From positions 1,364,001 through 1,428,000 of the forward strand of contig VJWM01000068.1 in the NCBI GenBank assembly GCA_010909165.1: a stretch of DNA of 64,000 nt. The letters run 5' to 3'. Source of the stretch: Anthoceros angustus (Eukaryota; Plantae; Anthocerotophyta). The notes beneath the pieces are model-generated. The model saw only the letters and a list, made by a program, of their open reading frames with translations, did not search any database and had not been told where the DNA came from. Of the stretch, positions 51,701-64,000 are shown piece by piece. How positions within the stretch are numbered: the stretch's first letter is position 1; the number at the start of each line of letters is the position of its first letter. The position numbers and the translations under genes are program-made.

Positions 51701-54221
51701 CTGGATGGTGTTAGAGCACTGCGTACGATGCTTAGTGCCACTGTACATGATGTGTTATACTACATGAGCCCAGTTTTTTGTCAAGACATAATTGACTCGG
51801 TAGACACTTTACTATCTTTTGAATTTACCCTGAAGGGATAACAAGCTATTGGTGCAATCTGCGACTAATTGGTGTACCTGTACTGCAATGGTGTAAAGGT
51901 TTCATCCTCTCTAAACAAGCTTTACAGAAAATTCATCAAAAGGAATCCAGGCTATGATGGCAAGGTGAAGTAGATGGCATTGAACTCCTCAGTGCATGAT
52001 GGGTTTCAACTTCCCACCTATCTGATATTACTTCGAATGTGTTCTGTACTTTCAGATTTCCATTTATGGCCATTCACTGGGGAGTGTGCTTTCTTATGAT
52101 ATTCTCTGTCACCAACGTGATTTGGTTTCCACGTTGCCTATACAAGAAGTAACACCTGCCACATCTAAGGAGTTCAAGGAGTCTCTTACTACAACAGAAT
52201 CTGTTCCTGGAATGGACAACTCTGACTCAGATGAGGAGAAGCAACATACTATTACGCAGCAAATGGAAGAGTTGCCAGCTACAGGCAGAGACCCAGGCCT
52301 AGGAGACCATGATGTAGAGCTAAACAAAGGGGATCCTTCAGAGTTGGAGAGTCTCAGAGAACAGGTGACATTTCTCTGGTTGTAGTAGAACATGTTAGTG
52401 TGTCAGGGATGCTGCAGGACGTTGGCCCTTCCCATGTTCGGAGTGCTTATGGAAGGCCACATAATCTTGACAGGTAGCTGCTCTTCAAGCAAAGCTTCTG
52501 GCTTTAGAACAAAAGTCTCAGGACAAGGTGCAGACGCCCCCAGGGGATCTCAGTGAGAATCGCAGAAAGGGGGTGCTTCAAGATTCCAAGCTTTCTCGAA
52601 AAGGCAGCAGCAGCGAAATGCGAGACCAGTTAACTAACAGTGATTCCCTTTCAAGTTCACGAAAGCACGATTTTCAGATCTCATACACCAAGTTAGAATT
52701 CGAGGTGGGAAATGTCTAGGAGCAGAGGTGTTACACCACTGAGGGTGGTGTGAACGCTAAGCTGAAAGGTCTTTTGTGGCCGTCTTCAAGGGCTAATGTC
52801 TGGTATGCTGGCAGGTTGATACTTTTTTCGCTGTTGGATCACCCCTGGGTGTCTTTTTGTCTCTCAGAAATATTCGGCTCGGAACAGGTGTAGTTTATAT
52901 TGATTGAGCGTTTGCTTCAAGTCGAGTTTGACGCACACTCCTTGCAGTTCACGGTTACCAGGAGCATTAGTCTGATGTCAGCACTTGTGATCCAGGGGAA
53001 GGACAAGAATACTGGGAAGATGACACCATTGAGGAAGAGCTGCCAGCTTGTCGACAACTGATGAATATATTTCATCCTTATGATCCTGTCGCCTACCGGT
53101 ATGTTTTATGTCCCATCGTCTAGTTCTGGTAAGGCGAAACCTGCTCTCGTATAACCTTACGTAATTGTGGAGTGAGGCAGGATTGAACCTCTTGTTTGCA
53201 AGGAGCTGGTGGGCATAAGACCTGTTTTTGTACCGTATCATAAAGGAGGCAAGCGTATACACATTGGCATGCAGGTTTTCCACGTATAACTTACCGCACT
53301 TTGTTGCTTGTAAGATAAAAAGTTTCCTGTGTGATTGAGGACACGTGTGCATGTATGTCTTCAGGAGCTGGGAGAGAACTTGTCCGCTCAGTCGAAGGCA
53401 ATTGTGAGCTCTATAACATCCGTGAGGGTGAGTTTACGCGTGCACTTGGGTTAGCTGTAACCGACTCTGTAAAGTAGCTCTGTCTTCACTCTCTTTCTAA
53501 TTGATGATTGCTTTCCGCTCACCAGACTCGGATGGCAAGTGCTTTTTCCTCTCCATCTGGTGAAAAGAAAGGTATCCGATCGACCAACGGGTGCAAAACA
53601 GCTCTGGCTTACCGCTCTGGTGATATTGTATCCTCTGATGTTGGCTGTGGTTCTGTTTATGCAGATGGTTCTGATTCAGATGATGTGAAACCAACGTATG
53701 GCTCTTTAATGATGGAGAGGTTAACAGGGAATCGTCACGGCCGGATTGATCATATGTTGCAGGTGTGCAGCAATTGCATCGACCATGCCATGACTACTGC
53801 CTGCATGTCGTAGTAGATCAAAGCAAATGCCACCTCTCCAATCCTGACGTGCACTACTTGTGATTTGCAGGACGCAACTTTTGAACATCAGTACATTGCA
53901 GCCATCAGCTCTCACACGTATGTCTAGATGGATTCGCTGTCTCCTGTGTGTGTGCTGACCGATCGCGTTTGAGCGATTTCGTCGTTCTCATATGCCTCTC
54001 TGGTGTCCAGGTCGTACTGGCAGGATCACGACACTGCCCTTTTCATTGTCAAGCACCTGTACAAGGACTATCCCGAGGAGAACCCTGCGTCGGACATTCC
54101 TGGTGACGGCACGCTGCAAGGCGACATGGATGGCGCTGAAGATGAAGCGGCTTTTACATTTTTTGGTAAAGAAGAGCTAGTCGCAGCCATGGCAAACGCA
54201 GAGAGGGCTGGTACTCCTTGA
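48736..54221 (+). CDS. SGR2: SGR2-like DDHD-domain phospholipase A1, many exons
   Basis: VRWYFSK, YLRFSKRDSLSLEAAF, VMVKGGLHE|VDLLKRRCKPVYW, VLRGHWFAR, GLHALFFGEDDTWEA, HVVFMVHGIGQRLEKANLVDDV, DVLYYMSPVFCQDII, lipase motif IYGHSLGSVLSYDILC, FFAVGSPLGVFLSLR, NIFHPYDPVAYR|IEPLV, RIDHMLQ, SHTSYWQDHDTALFI. Confidence 0.93.
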
Positions 54222-55536
54222 AATGAATCTGCTCAATTTCGGAGTGGTTCTCGAGTCTGTGCCAGACTATGAACGGACGAAGAAATACTGTGGGAACTTC
54301 TAGGGTTTGTCCTCGTGAACATGAAACGTAGAAGCCCTCGGGATCACCGCTTCCCGCCCAATCCCTATGCTCCTTCCTAGTCCGCAAGATAACTACATTC
54401 TTCCTACACACATCTGAAATTTGAGCAGTAGGTTCTTTGTCCGTCTCCTCCATATCCCGTTGCGGAAGAACTGCGTCCGCCAAAAAGCGTTCTCGAAATT
54501 CGCCATCCCTTCATTTACGGTTCCACGCGGACATGCCCTATCCGTACTGGACTGATCGCAATCCTCATAAAAAAAGGTGGTCGTAAATGTCCATTCAATC
54601 CGAGTCGAAACTCCTTCGATGAGCATTTATGGAGAGAGCCATTGTAGAGAGAGCGTTTATGGAGAGCAATTGCCAGTTTCGCCATGGCACAACGTCTTCG
54701 CGGGAACAGCAGCAAGGCCTTCTTGCGCGGCCGCAATCCTGGCGGAAGGATATTGGCTGAGAACCGACCTCTGCCGGGGCCATCGCAGCGTCCCATGGCA
54801 TCCCGGAGGAAGTGGCACGGCTAGCGCTACTTTTCGTGGAAAATTCGGTAAAGGAGACGAAATTCTCGCCATAACTGACCAGAACTGATCTTGTCACTGC
54901 TCGGTGCTGCCATGACTGCGCTCCGGGCCTGTGGCGTGCATCAGGAGGTGAAAACGGATTCCAGGGATGGTGCTGGTGGGGTCTCAGGGGTTCTGTAGAG
55001 TGGGGATATTCTGGACGGAAGGGTGCAAGTTGCGACCCTCCTGAGTTTTTCGTTCCGGTGAGGAGATCTCGGCACTGCAAATGCTCTGCTCCGTGTGGAT
55101 TTTATGTCAGACTGGTGGGAAGAAAAGCAGGCCGAATTCCGGGGGTTGAAATATGCTACTTAAGTAATCTTGAGTGGAATTGTCTTGAAGTCGTCCTTCC
55201 AGTCGGCTTTTGGGGAAGTAGGTAGTGGGCTGGGATGTTGATCATTCCTTGGTGTGGCGCTGGGTCTGTGAAGGTTGAAGCTGGCAGATAGGGCAAGCGG
55301 TGATCTTGGATGCTTGCGTAAGCTGGAAATCTGAATTCTCGGCACCGTACGCTCCTTCGCTCATCTCAACAGGAGTGTTTCCGATGTGTTTGGAATGAAG
55401 GATTTGGAGTGCCCGAAGGATTTTCCTGGCCTTCTCAGTATCTGGGAATGCTTGTGTAGCTTGTGAGGGAAACCCTCCAGTCACCGCCAGCACATAGGCC
55501 TGGTTTCCACAGACTCTTTTTGGGACCGTTTCCGAT

Positions 55537-58500
55537 TTGCACAACGAGCTTGTGGACGTCATTTCTTTAAGGATGGGCATTCTGCTAGCGCAGCCACCAA
55601 ATTCAAACCAGCAGAAAACCGAGCAGGACTACAGAGACTGTGCCAGGTCCATTGAATTCTTAAGGAAAACTCACACAATTGTTCAGAAACATGCTTTGTT
55701 GAATCAGGTGCTGAGATGGAAAATCGAGGACTTCCAGGACGAACGGTACTTTTTTAGTAAGGTGAGTTTGTCATGTAGGAAGTGAGGGGTGCTTGTAGGC
55801 AAGGCGAACTTTGTGGTCTGATTACATCAAATCCGTGGTTGCTTTTTGCTGACATGAAGCTACTCTTGGCTGTAGGTCACACACATACCTCTTGAGTATG
55901 ACTCGGTGGGGAAATATCTGAGCACCTTCCAGTCGCCGATGGTAGAAGAAATTCGAGCTGAACTGTCTAAAGGCTTCAAAAGGATACCTGGATCAGCATT
56001 TGTGTCTATCAAGATTCAGAAAGTGGACGAATCTGTGACACCAAAGTTCCCCCCGAACTTCACCTTCAAAAAGTGCGACATTCCAGAGGCCAACCCTGAT
56101 GTAGTCGACCTCCGGATTCGCGCTTCTGACTCTCAAGAATGCAGATCTCGAAATATTAGTGGTTCTGTTCTTGAGGAATTTATGGGTTCGGATATTGTCA
56201 TGATTTCCAATGTATCACCAAAGTACTTGTCCAATGGAGGGTGGAAACGCCCTGCATGCCACTATGCTATAGGAGTGCTGAAGCACAGGGGCGATCGAAC
56301 AGATCCACGGCTTCGGGCCACTGTCTACGCCGAGAAGGGAGGTGCGCTTGCGGAAGCTCTAAATAGTGGCATCCGCAACAGATCTCGCTGGTTTGCAATC
56401 CATCTCAGCACAAGCTTTGCTCCGTTTGTGAGGATATGGGAGGCTCTACGACCTCCGATTGCTTATTTGGCCGTTCTGGAGCGTTCGCTGCAAGTTATTG
56501 AGGAGGTGTTGATCTGTGGACGCTACACACCACAGGTAACCCTATGTGCCACTACAGTGAGAATATGCTGGCTTGAATTTATTCTCTAAACAGATGAGCT
56601 TATGATTTATTCGCCTTGCAGATATCTGCAGAGCGCTTCCCGAACTCAGAGATTGAGAGTTACTGCTTTCGTCAACGAAAGCTGAATGAATCTCAAACCC
56701 ATGCCATAAGAAGCACAGTTTTCAACCTGCTCCAGGGCCCAGAGGCAGGGCCTCTGAGGCCCCAGATAAAAATCATCCAGGGTCCTCCTGGAACAGGGAA
56801 GACTTCGACAATCATCTCTCTGCTTTCTATTCTTGGCTCTTTAGATCCAGGAGACGCTGATGCCGAGACTCCTTTTCGTACTTTAGTTTGTGCACCCACA
56901 AACAAAGCTGTAAGTGAACTTGCTAGCAGACTTATAGAGTTTTTTAAATTCATTGGGTCCAGCATCCTGACTTCTCGCCAGGCACAACAGCCGACTCAGT
57001 TTGCACATTTTCATACCAGTTTGAGCATAGGTGGTAATAGAAGGCTCTGTTCTCCATTTCACTTAGGAGACATCGCTATGGTAGGTAACAAGGACAGACT
57101 TCCTATTGCGGGCACTCTCTTGGAATCAATATTTGTTCCTGCCCGAAGTGAGCGTTTGATTCCTGCCTTATCCAGATTTGATATAGCAAAGCAGAAGATG
57201 CTTCAGCTCTTGCAGTGCAGTTTTCTGACTTTGCAGATGAAGAAGTTCCACACAGAGGCTGAAAGGTTCAGTTACATGGATTCTGTCAAAAATGATATGG
57301 AGGGAGTGGCACCCGAGATGCTGGTAGCAACAGAGGTTATACTGCATGATTTGCCTGCACATTACCTGTCCCCCAGTGCTCGGCAGACTTTATGGGATGC
57401 TTATGAGACTCTAGACGATATTATGAAGCTTCCTCCCTTGGAGAATCTGTCTGAGAACGATAGGAAGACCTCGTATGAGATTATAAGCAACTTCACTGAC
57501 ATGACAAAGCACTTCTGCAAGTGTTTACATGATATCCCTGGGTCCTTCAACCCTTTTTTGCACGAGAAAAGGCTGACGGATACCGATGTTGAGCTGGAGG
57601 ATTTTTGGGAACTAGAGTGTGTCAGGCATGCCAGAATCGTATTTTGCACCGTGTCTTCAGCAGGCGTTAGGTGTGTGAAGCAAGGAGCTCCGTATGATTG
57701 TGTCATAGTTGATGAAGCGGCTCAGCTTGTAGAAGCTGAAACAGCAATTGTGTCCCAGCTGGGAGGATTAAAGCAATTAATACTGGTAGGGGATCACCAG
57801 CAGCTTCCCTCGACGGTCGTGAGCAAGGTAAGGTAATGGTGTTCGTGATTTGGTGAACATACATAGTGTAAGCTGACTGAAATGTATTCCCAGTTCGGCT
57901 GACTTAACAGAGTTGGTAGCATAGGCTTCTCGATGAACTTGCTGCATGGTGGATGATAATGTGTGCCTGTCCGTTTTCAAGCATTCTCTAATTGCATTTT
58001 CCCTTTCAAAGTGCAGCTTGCTGAAAATTGCGGCTATGGACGAAGCCTCTTTGAACGGTTGCTGAAGCTGAGGCAGGATCAACCATGCCACTTGCTAAAT
58101 GTGCAATACAGGATGCATCCAGATATTTGTTTCTTCCCAAATGCGACTTTCTATAATGGCCTTCTTTGCAATGGCTCAAATGTTAGCCAGTCCGAGTATC
58201 AAAAGCCGTTGCAATTGTATGGTCCTTATATGTTTTTGAATGTCAAGGACGGAGTCGAAGACGGAGGTCCAAATAACACAAGTAAAATTAACCATAAGGA
58301 GGTTGCGGCGATTGTCAACTTAGTTAAATTGCTTCAGACTGGTGAGCCACTCGTTAGCCTCATCGCCCCATTGATGCCTTCTTGAGCCTGAAAAGCTTGT
58401 CTCATAACCCGGAACTCTGTGACGACAGGGAAAGACAGCTCAAGGTTGAGCGTTGGTGTGATATCTCCATATTCGGGGCAAGTGGAGTGTCTGAAGAAAC

Positions 58501-60215
58501 AGCTTAAGACGACGAGCAGGCAAAATGTGGAAGTGAACACGGTTGATGGATTTCAAGGAGGGGAGAAGGATGTAATAATCTTTTCGACAGTTCGAGCCAA
58601 TACGGGGAGGCATATTGGATTTCTAAACGACCATCGGAGGCTGAATGTGGCACTAACTCGTGCAAGGTGCCTATTTTAAGCCAACCAGAGCTCATGTTAT
58701 AGCGGTCTTGTAGGATTATGCGTGAAACATGTAGATTTTTTATTACTGCTAACTTCGTCCTCGTCCCCTTGGTATGCAGATACTGTCTCTGGATTGTCGG
58801 GAACGCAGATACGCTGGGAGCTGCCGATAGATTGTGGTCGAGACTGCTGAAGAATGCTAGAATCAGGGGCTGTTTCTGTGACTATGATTGGCCAAGGGAG
58901 AGTAAGGGACTCCTGGGATTGGAAACTCCGGCAAACAGATTGGAAGCTCCGGCACACAGATTGGAAGCTCCGGCACACAGATTGGAAGCTCCGGCAAACA
59001 GATTGGAAGCTCCGGCAAACAGATTGGAAGCTCCGGCACACAGATTGGAAGCTCCGGCAAGCAGATTGGAAGCCCCGGTAAACATATTGGAAGCTCCTGC
59101 AAACAGATTGGAAGCTCGGGCTAACAGATTCGAAGCTCCGGCAAGCAGAGCAAAGGTGGAGGCACTGAAATCGAAAAGAATCTATAGGCCTCGGGCTTCC
59201 ACTTGCTCAGAAGTGGAAGCCTGTCAGAGTTCGGAAGTGGGCAGCTCTCAGAGTTCAGAAGTGGGAAGCACGCACGGCTCAGAGGTGGAAAGCACGCAGA
59301 GTTTAGAATTGGACAGCACACAGAGTTTAGAAGTGGACAGCCCGCAGAGTTTAGATGAGGACAGCATGCAGAGTTTAGAAGCGGACAGCACACAGAGTTT
59401 AGAATCGAACAGCACGGATAATTTAGAAGGGGATAGCACTGAGAGTTTAGAAGTGGACAGCACGCAGGGCGTCGGACAAGAAAATGCAGGCTCAGGAAGG
59501 AAGCTGCGTTTTGAAGAGCTCTTCAAGAGCGCTAGGTGGAAGGTAAACGTGTCCTTTTCGGAGCTGTTTGTAGCTTGTGATAATAATACCAGATGTGCTG
59601 TTTCTGCATGTCATGCTTGTGCATTATAATGACCTCCTTGTGGCATGCAGATGTTCTGGAGTGAGGAGGTGAAATTGAAATTGGATCGACTTGCCTCAGA
59701 TGCGTCTGAGCAAGTAATGGAGGAGATTTTACGATTGGCAAATGGTCTCAGGCCAGCGTCCTTGGTGTCTTATCCGACTTCCTCCAAACCCGTATGGGTA
59801 CTGGAAGGAGCAAACTTCCATGTGGTTTGGACCATTGGCATCGAACAGGTGGACGACGAGTTCATACAAATGTTGGAGGTGTGGGATGTGGTAGAGAGCA
59901 GATCCCTTGTGCAGGAGCTGGTGACCATCGTGGAGCGCAACTTCTCGACCTATTCTCCAACATACGTGAACTACTGCCTGACAGTGACCCACGACAGGTT
60001 CCATTCCCACACCTGTGTCTCACCTCGCTCTTTTCTTCCATCCTCCCTTGCCCTAACCCACCCCATGCCTGCATCCCTCCAGATGTGCCGACGAAGAGAC
60101 CGTCATTCCAGCACGGTGGAAACCTGAGAATCCAGCACCACCCGAGAAGCCGTCAGAGCAGCTGCCTTGCGAGGAGAACCTGGCAGAATCATTCAGCGCA
60201 ATAGGCTGGGAGTAG
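55537..60215 (+). CDS. Superfamily-1 (Sen1/Upf1/NAM7-type) helicase with repeat linker and C-terminal domain; 5' end unresolved
   Basis: N-terminal [27 protein letters not shown]; Walker [11 protein letters not shown]; VCAPTNKAV; DEAAQ; LVGDHQQL; YRMHPDI; VISPYSGQV; [11 protein letters not shown]; [11 protein letters not shown]; [10 protein letters not shown]. The last exon 60083-60215 is inferred from splice sites. Confidence 0.9.
58919..59149 (+). repeat. Coding 21-bp tandem repeat x11 (LEAPANR)
   Basis: TTGGAAGCTCCGGCAAACAGA-type units in frame within the helicase exon. Confidence 0.95.
59224..59463 (+). repeat. Coding 24-bp tandem repeat x10 (QSLEVDST-like)
   Basis: CAGAGTTTAGAAGTGGACAGCAC-type diverged units in frame. 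Confidence 0.9.
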
Positions 60216-60548
60216 GAAGTTGGGATTCGTGTCTTGTAGTTAGGGTTTTGGTGGCACCGGGAAGCCTGGACGCCTGATGAGCTTGCGGCCTCCTCCTGTT
60301 CAGAGGTTCAGAGAGGACCACAATATTGGAGCGCATCCCAAAAAGGGACCCACGTATCACGTCTCCATTGGCTTGCCTTGTCGCAATCGCTAGGATGGCG
60401 GGACTTTCTGGGAGAAAGTGTGCGCACAGACAAACGCTGACTGCGTCACCTGATCAGAGATACTGCGAGCGAACTCAACTGTCTGTTGCCTTGTCAGTTC
60501 CCACGACAACAATATCGATCCCTACTAGTACAGGACAGACACAGGTAC

Positions 60549-60922
60549 CACGTGTTGGAAGTTGGCAAGAGGCTATGTACACGTGTCCCCTATAAGCAGC
60601 CCGGTAAAGATCCCGAGCGCGCGAGCCACGCGGACACCGCGTTTGGCACTTCACACAGATATCTGCGCGCCATTCCCGCGATCGCGGCCAGATATTTTCC
60701 GGCGCGTTCAGTCCCGGCCTGAACGGTCGCCGACCGGTGGTCGGCGCCTGCTCGTCGAGACCACGTGGCGCGGCCGTGGTGCCGGCCCCAGCCACCTCTA
60801 CGCGGAGAGCAGCAACCTGTAGCCCCCCGATTGGCCGAGCCCCCCAGGGGCAGTTATAGGCCTGCCGCCGCCGCGCTTCCCGCACCCACGCCCCTGGCCC
60901 GGCCGACACAAGCTCACTATAA
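60549..60922 (+). promoter_or_regulatory. Putative ABA/stress-responsive promoter: three G-boxes, DRE/CRT-like cores and a TATA-like motif
   Basis: CACGTG at 60549, 60580 (ACGTGTC ABRE context) and 60762 (CCACGTGGC). GCCGAC cores at ~60729, ~60740 (reverse) and ~60902. TATAA at 60918, ~240 bp before the DOG1-domain ATG. Function is inferred from motif similarity only. Confidence 0.5.
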
Positions 60923-61160
60923 GTCCAGCGGCCGCGATCCAGTCCCGAAGGCTCCCAGAGCCCGCAACGTGTTGCTCCTCATCCGAGGGCTGCAGAATTC
61001 AATCTGGCCACGGCACGCGACCCGGCCATCGCAGTTGCCACCATTTGTGCATTCGGAGCAGGCTGCGCTGCCAAACGCGAGTTCCATGGCGCCATTCGGA
61101 GGCCCAACATTAGCCAGCGATTGAAGCCCCCCGCGCTCAGCCTGCCGCTCTCGCCGAGCC

Positions 61161-63297
61161 ATGGAGAAGAACAAGGGCCAGGCCAGCGGGAGCGGGAGCG
61201 GGGAGGGCAGCGGCTCCGGAGACGGAGACGGAAACGGAAACGGAAACGGAAACCCCCGCCCCGAGTGGTGGGAGCTCTGGAAAACCCACGTCCGGCAGCT
61301 CCGAGCCGCCCTCATCTCCGGCGCCCCCGAGCAGGAAATCAGGGACCTGCTCGCTGCCTGCCTCCAGGAGTACCTTGGCCAGCTCGGAGTCGTGGCCCCG
61401 GAGGACGCGATGGCCATAGTGTCTGGTAACGCCCTGCACCTCCAGTGTAGGACGCTTTTCAATCCTTGCTGGCTGTGCATGCTAATTGCACAGTATGGCT
61501 GATTGCGGGTGCGTTATGAATTGCAAGTTATGAATGTTGGAGCAATGTTGGTTCAGTGTGGCTGATTGTGGGTGAATTATGAATGCGCAAGTCCGAATTG
61601 TGGAGTGTGGAATTGAGAATTGAGACGGGTTGGAGTATGTGCGCAAGGGAAGGGGCGCAGGTGCAGGGAAGGGTCTGTTTAGGAGTAGATTGGTGAGGGA
61701 GGGGTGGCACTTATTTTGTAGGGTAGGCTCATGAGGGTAGGAGGTGTAGGAGGTAGCGGAGGACGTGCACTGTCTAACAATCCGTAAGGCAAAGTGAACG
61801 CAGGCCAGAGGCATTCGCCTCTTGAGGCCGCATTCATGTGGCTGGGTGGTTGGAGGCCTACCTCGGCAATTGTGCTGGTGTACTCACTCATGGGGTTACG
61901 AATCAACGAGGACACGCAACAGGCTGTGTTAGCGCAGGTGCCCCTGTCGATGCCCCTGCTCTCCGACAGGCAGCTCTCTCGGATCAACGCTCTCCAACTG
62001 CATTCTCGCCGGGCCGAGGCCGAGCTTTCGGATCGGCTGGCCGTGATACAGGTTGCCAACCTTCTGCAGTGCCCAACCGAGACCTAGACTTTACTTGTAG
62101 CTCTCCATGGCTCCGGCTTTGGCTTGTCTTGCCATACGGTCTCCCCGCCTTTGCCCGCTGTCCTATTTCCACGCTAGCAGGGATGGGAATTACTGGGTGC
62201 CTCTGGAGCTGTGCGGTTTCTCAAGATGTGCTGCTGCTGATTTGTTGTCGTGCGTGGGACGGTGGTTGCAAGCGGGCAATTTCGTTTCAGGGTTGGAGAC
62301 GGGAGGGCGTGAGTGTGGGTTGCTGATGATGAGCCTCCGGCGTGTGTTGATGCAGATGTTTGTGCCGGATGGTGAGCTGGTGTCGGCGCTGGACCTGGGG
62401 ACGTCCTCCAGCAGTGCGCAGAACATGCCTCAAGCTAAGGAGGTGGTGGATTCCAAGCTGACCCGTATAAGTGAGCTGCTGGCCGAGGCGGACCAGCTTC
62501 GTCTTCACACTCTGCATGAGCTCTATGCGCTGCTCAGTCCCGTGCAAGGTGCGCGCTGCTGTCTTGCTGCTTACGAGCTTGTGTTTGCGCTCAAGACCTT
62601 GAGCCATTCATCCTTTGCTGAGCTTCCGGTGCCGGTGCCCGTGGTGCCCACCGAGCCGGCCACAATCCCTGTCCCTGTTCCGGTGCTTGCTTCAGAGGCA
62701 TCCACATCCCGGCAAGGCCTTGCTGCCAGCCTGCCGCTGTTGTTGCCTCTGGAGCCGGAAAACTCGTCCCTGCCCATCCCGGTGCTGTCCCCGGTTCCCA
62801 TCCCCCTCATCTTCCCTACGCCTGAGCTCGAGAAGCTGCCGTCTCCCATCCGGCGTTTGAGAACAGCAACTTCCTTCTCCGAGGCGGAGTTGTTGGCAGA
62901 TGCGATTGCGGTGTTCCATCAGCAGGGGCACCCGGAGTGCTCCCCGCCTGCGGAGACCTTGGCCTGTTCCCAGGAGCTAGAGACGCAGCCGAGTGCGCAA
63001 TTGCCGGTAGAGGTAGAGTTGTCTGCGTCGTTTCAAGCAATCCCTTCTGAAGCTTCCCTAAGTGCGTCTGATTACGAATCCCCAGTCCTGACGGCCTCCA
63101 GCTCCACGACGACGTCGTCTTCTGAGACTACGCCCAGGGTGGAATTGCCTTTGGATGGATTGAACTATCAACAGTCCCAGCATCCGAATCTGGTGGAGCT
63201 TACAGGTCTGATCTTCAATCACTCTGCACAGGAATATGCAGATACTATCCTGGTAAAGTTTCCCAACTTCGGTTGTTGTCTTGCAGTCGCCGAGTGA
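61161..63297 (+). CDS. DOG1-domain protein without bZIP, 3 exons, long low-complexity C-terminal tail
   Basis: Exons 61161-61425, 61804-62051 and 62356-63297. Motifs WWELWKTHVRQLRAAL..EIRDLL, HSPLEAAFMWLGGWRPTS, LSDRQLSRINALQ..RRAEAELS, LLAEADQLRLHTLHELYALLSPVQGARCCLA. Confidence 0.85.
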
Positions 63298-64000
63298 GGT
63301 GGTTGGAGCAAACGTTCTGACCTCCTGATCCACAGGTTGCAGAAGAAAGTGAAACAGGACACGTGGCGAATGCGGCCGATGGCATCCGTGACCGAACTTT
63401 CCACCGGGTAGGCTAACCACTTTCTCCAGTCTGGATGCACCTCCAAAGCAGGACGTGAAATGGGCTCTCCTCTTAACGATATGCCCCCGGATCCTCAGGT
63501 GACGAGCCGAGTCGATCTCGGGTGCAGTCAGGCAGGACCAGAATCAAGGAATTTCTGATGTGTTTCATGTGGGGATAGTGCTGATGTTGATGGGCTTTGG
63601 GCACATTGAGTTATCATCAAGAAGAAGATGGGTGTTGCTTTTCACTGAAGCCTTCACACGCAACCATTGGAATAGAGTCCAGGTTTCAAGAAGATGAGGG
63701 CATTGTAGGCAGAGATGTGCAGTGGAATGTAGCATGCCTTACGCTTGATGTCTCTGAGAGAGTCCATCATCTTTATCAGACAGAGGTGGGAGTCTGGCAA
63801 AATTAGAGCGGAGGAGCTTGTTGGATAGAAGTGTAGTAGAGGCTGTATGCTTGACTGACTTTAATTGTCTAAAATTAGACTTGGATGTAGATGTTTAATG
63901 CAGGAAAATATGTGAAATTGCCAAAGAGCTGCAAAGTCTGCTTACGCGTGTAGCGGCAGAATATTCGAGCCCGGATGCCACATCAGGTATTGCTTTCCAT

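Overview
Gene-dense plant nuclear DNA with GC-rich exons and very short GT-AG introns, most consistent with a Selaginella-type lycophyte (inference from gene content, intron size and PLS-type PPR sequence). Recognisable genes in order: IMP4-like (-), a PPR-like fragment (-), L-type lectin receptor kinase (-), non-specific phospholipase C (-), BTB-BACK protein (-), plastid HSP70 with 15 exons (-), U-box/ARM E3 ligase (+), MenB/DHNS (-), Rtf2-family protein (-), short-chain dehydrogenase (-), ALP1/HARBI1-like transposase-derived protein (+), SGR2-like DDHD phospholipase A1 (+), Sen1/Upf1-type SF1 helicase (+) and a DOG1-domain protein (+). Mobile DNA comprises two copies of a ~530-bp TA-flanked Tc1/mariner (pogo-like) MITE, a MULE transposase remnant inside a ~980-bp tandem duplication, a PIF/Harbinger remnant and a 6.7-kb L1-type LINE. 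The LINE keeps both ends and a 17-bp target-site duplication but carries a 2.3-kb internal inversion and lacks the RT core. The first ~8 kb shows many single-base losses in short runs, probably consensus error rather than true pseudogenes. No tRNA, rRNA or CRISPR array is supported. The best leads are the rearranged LINE, the helicase C-terminal domain with a RelE-like pattern, the ALP1-like protein and the G-box/DRE-rich promoter of the DOG1-domain gene. All protein family calls come from motif recognition by eye, not from database searches.
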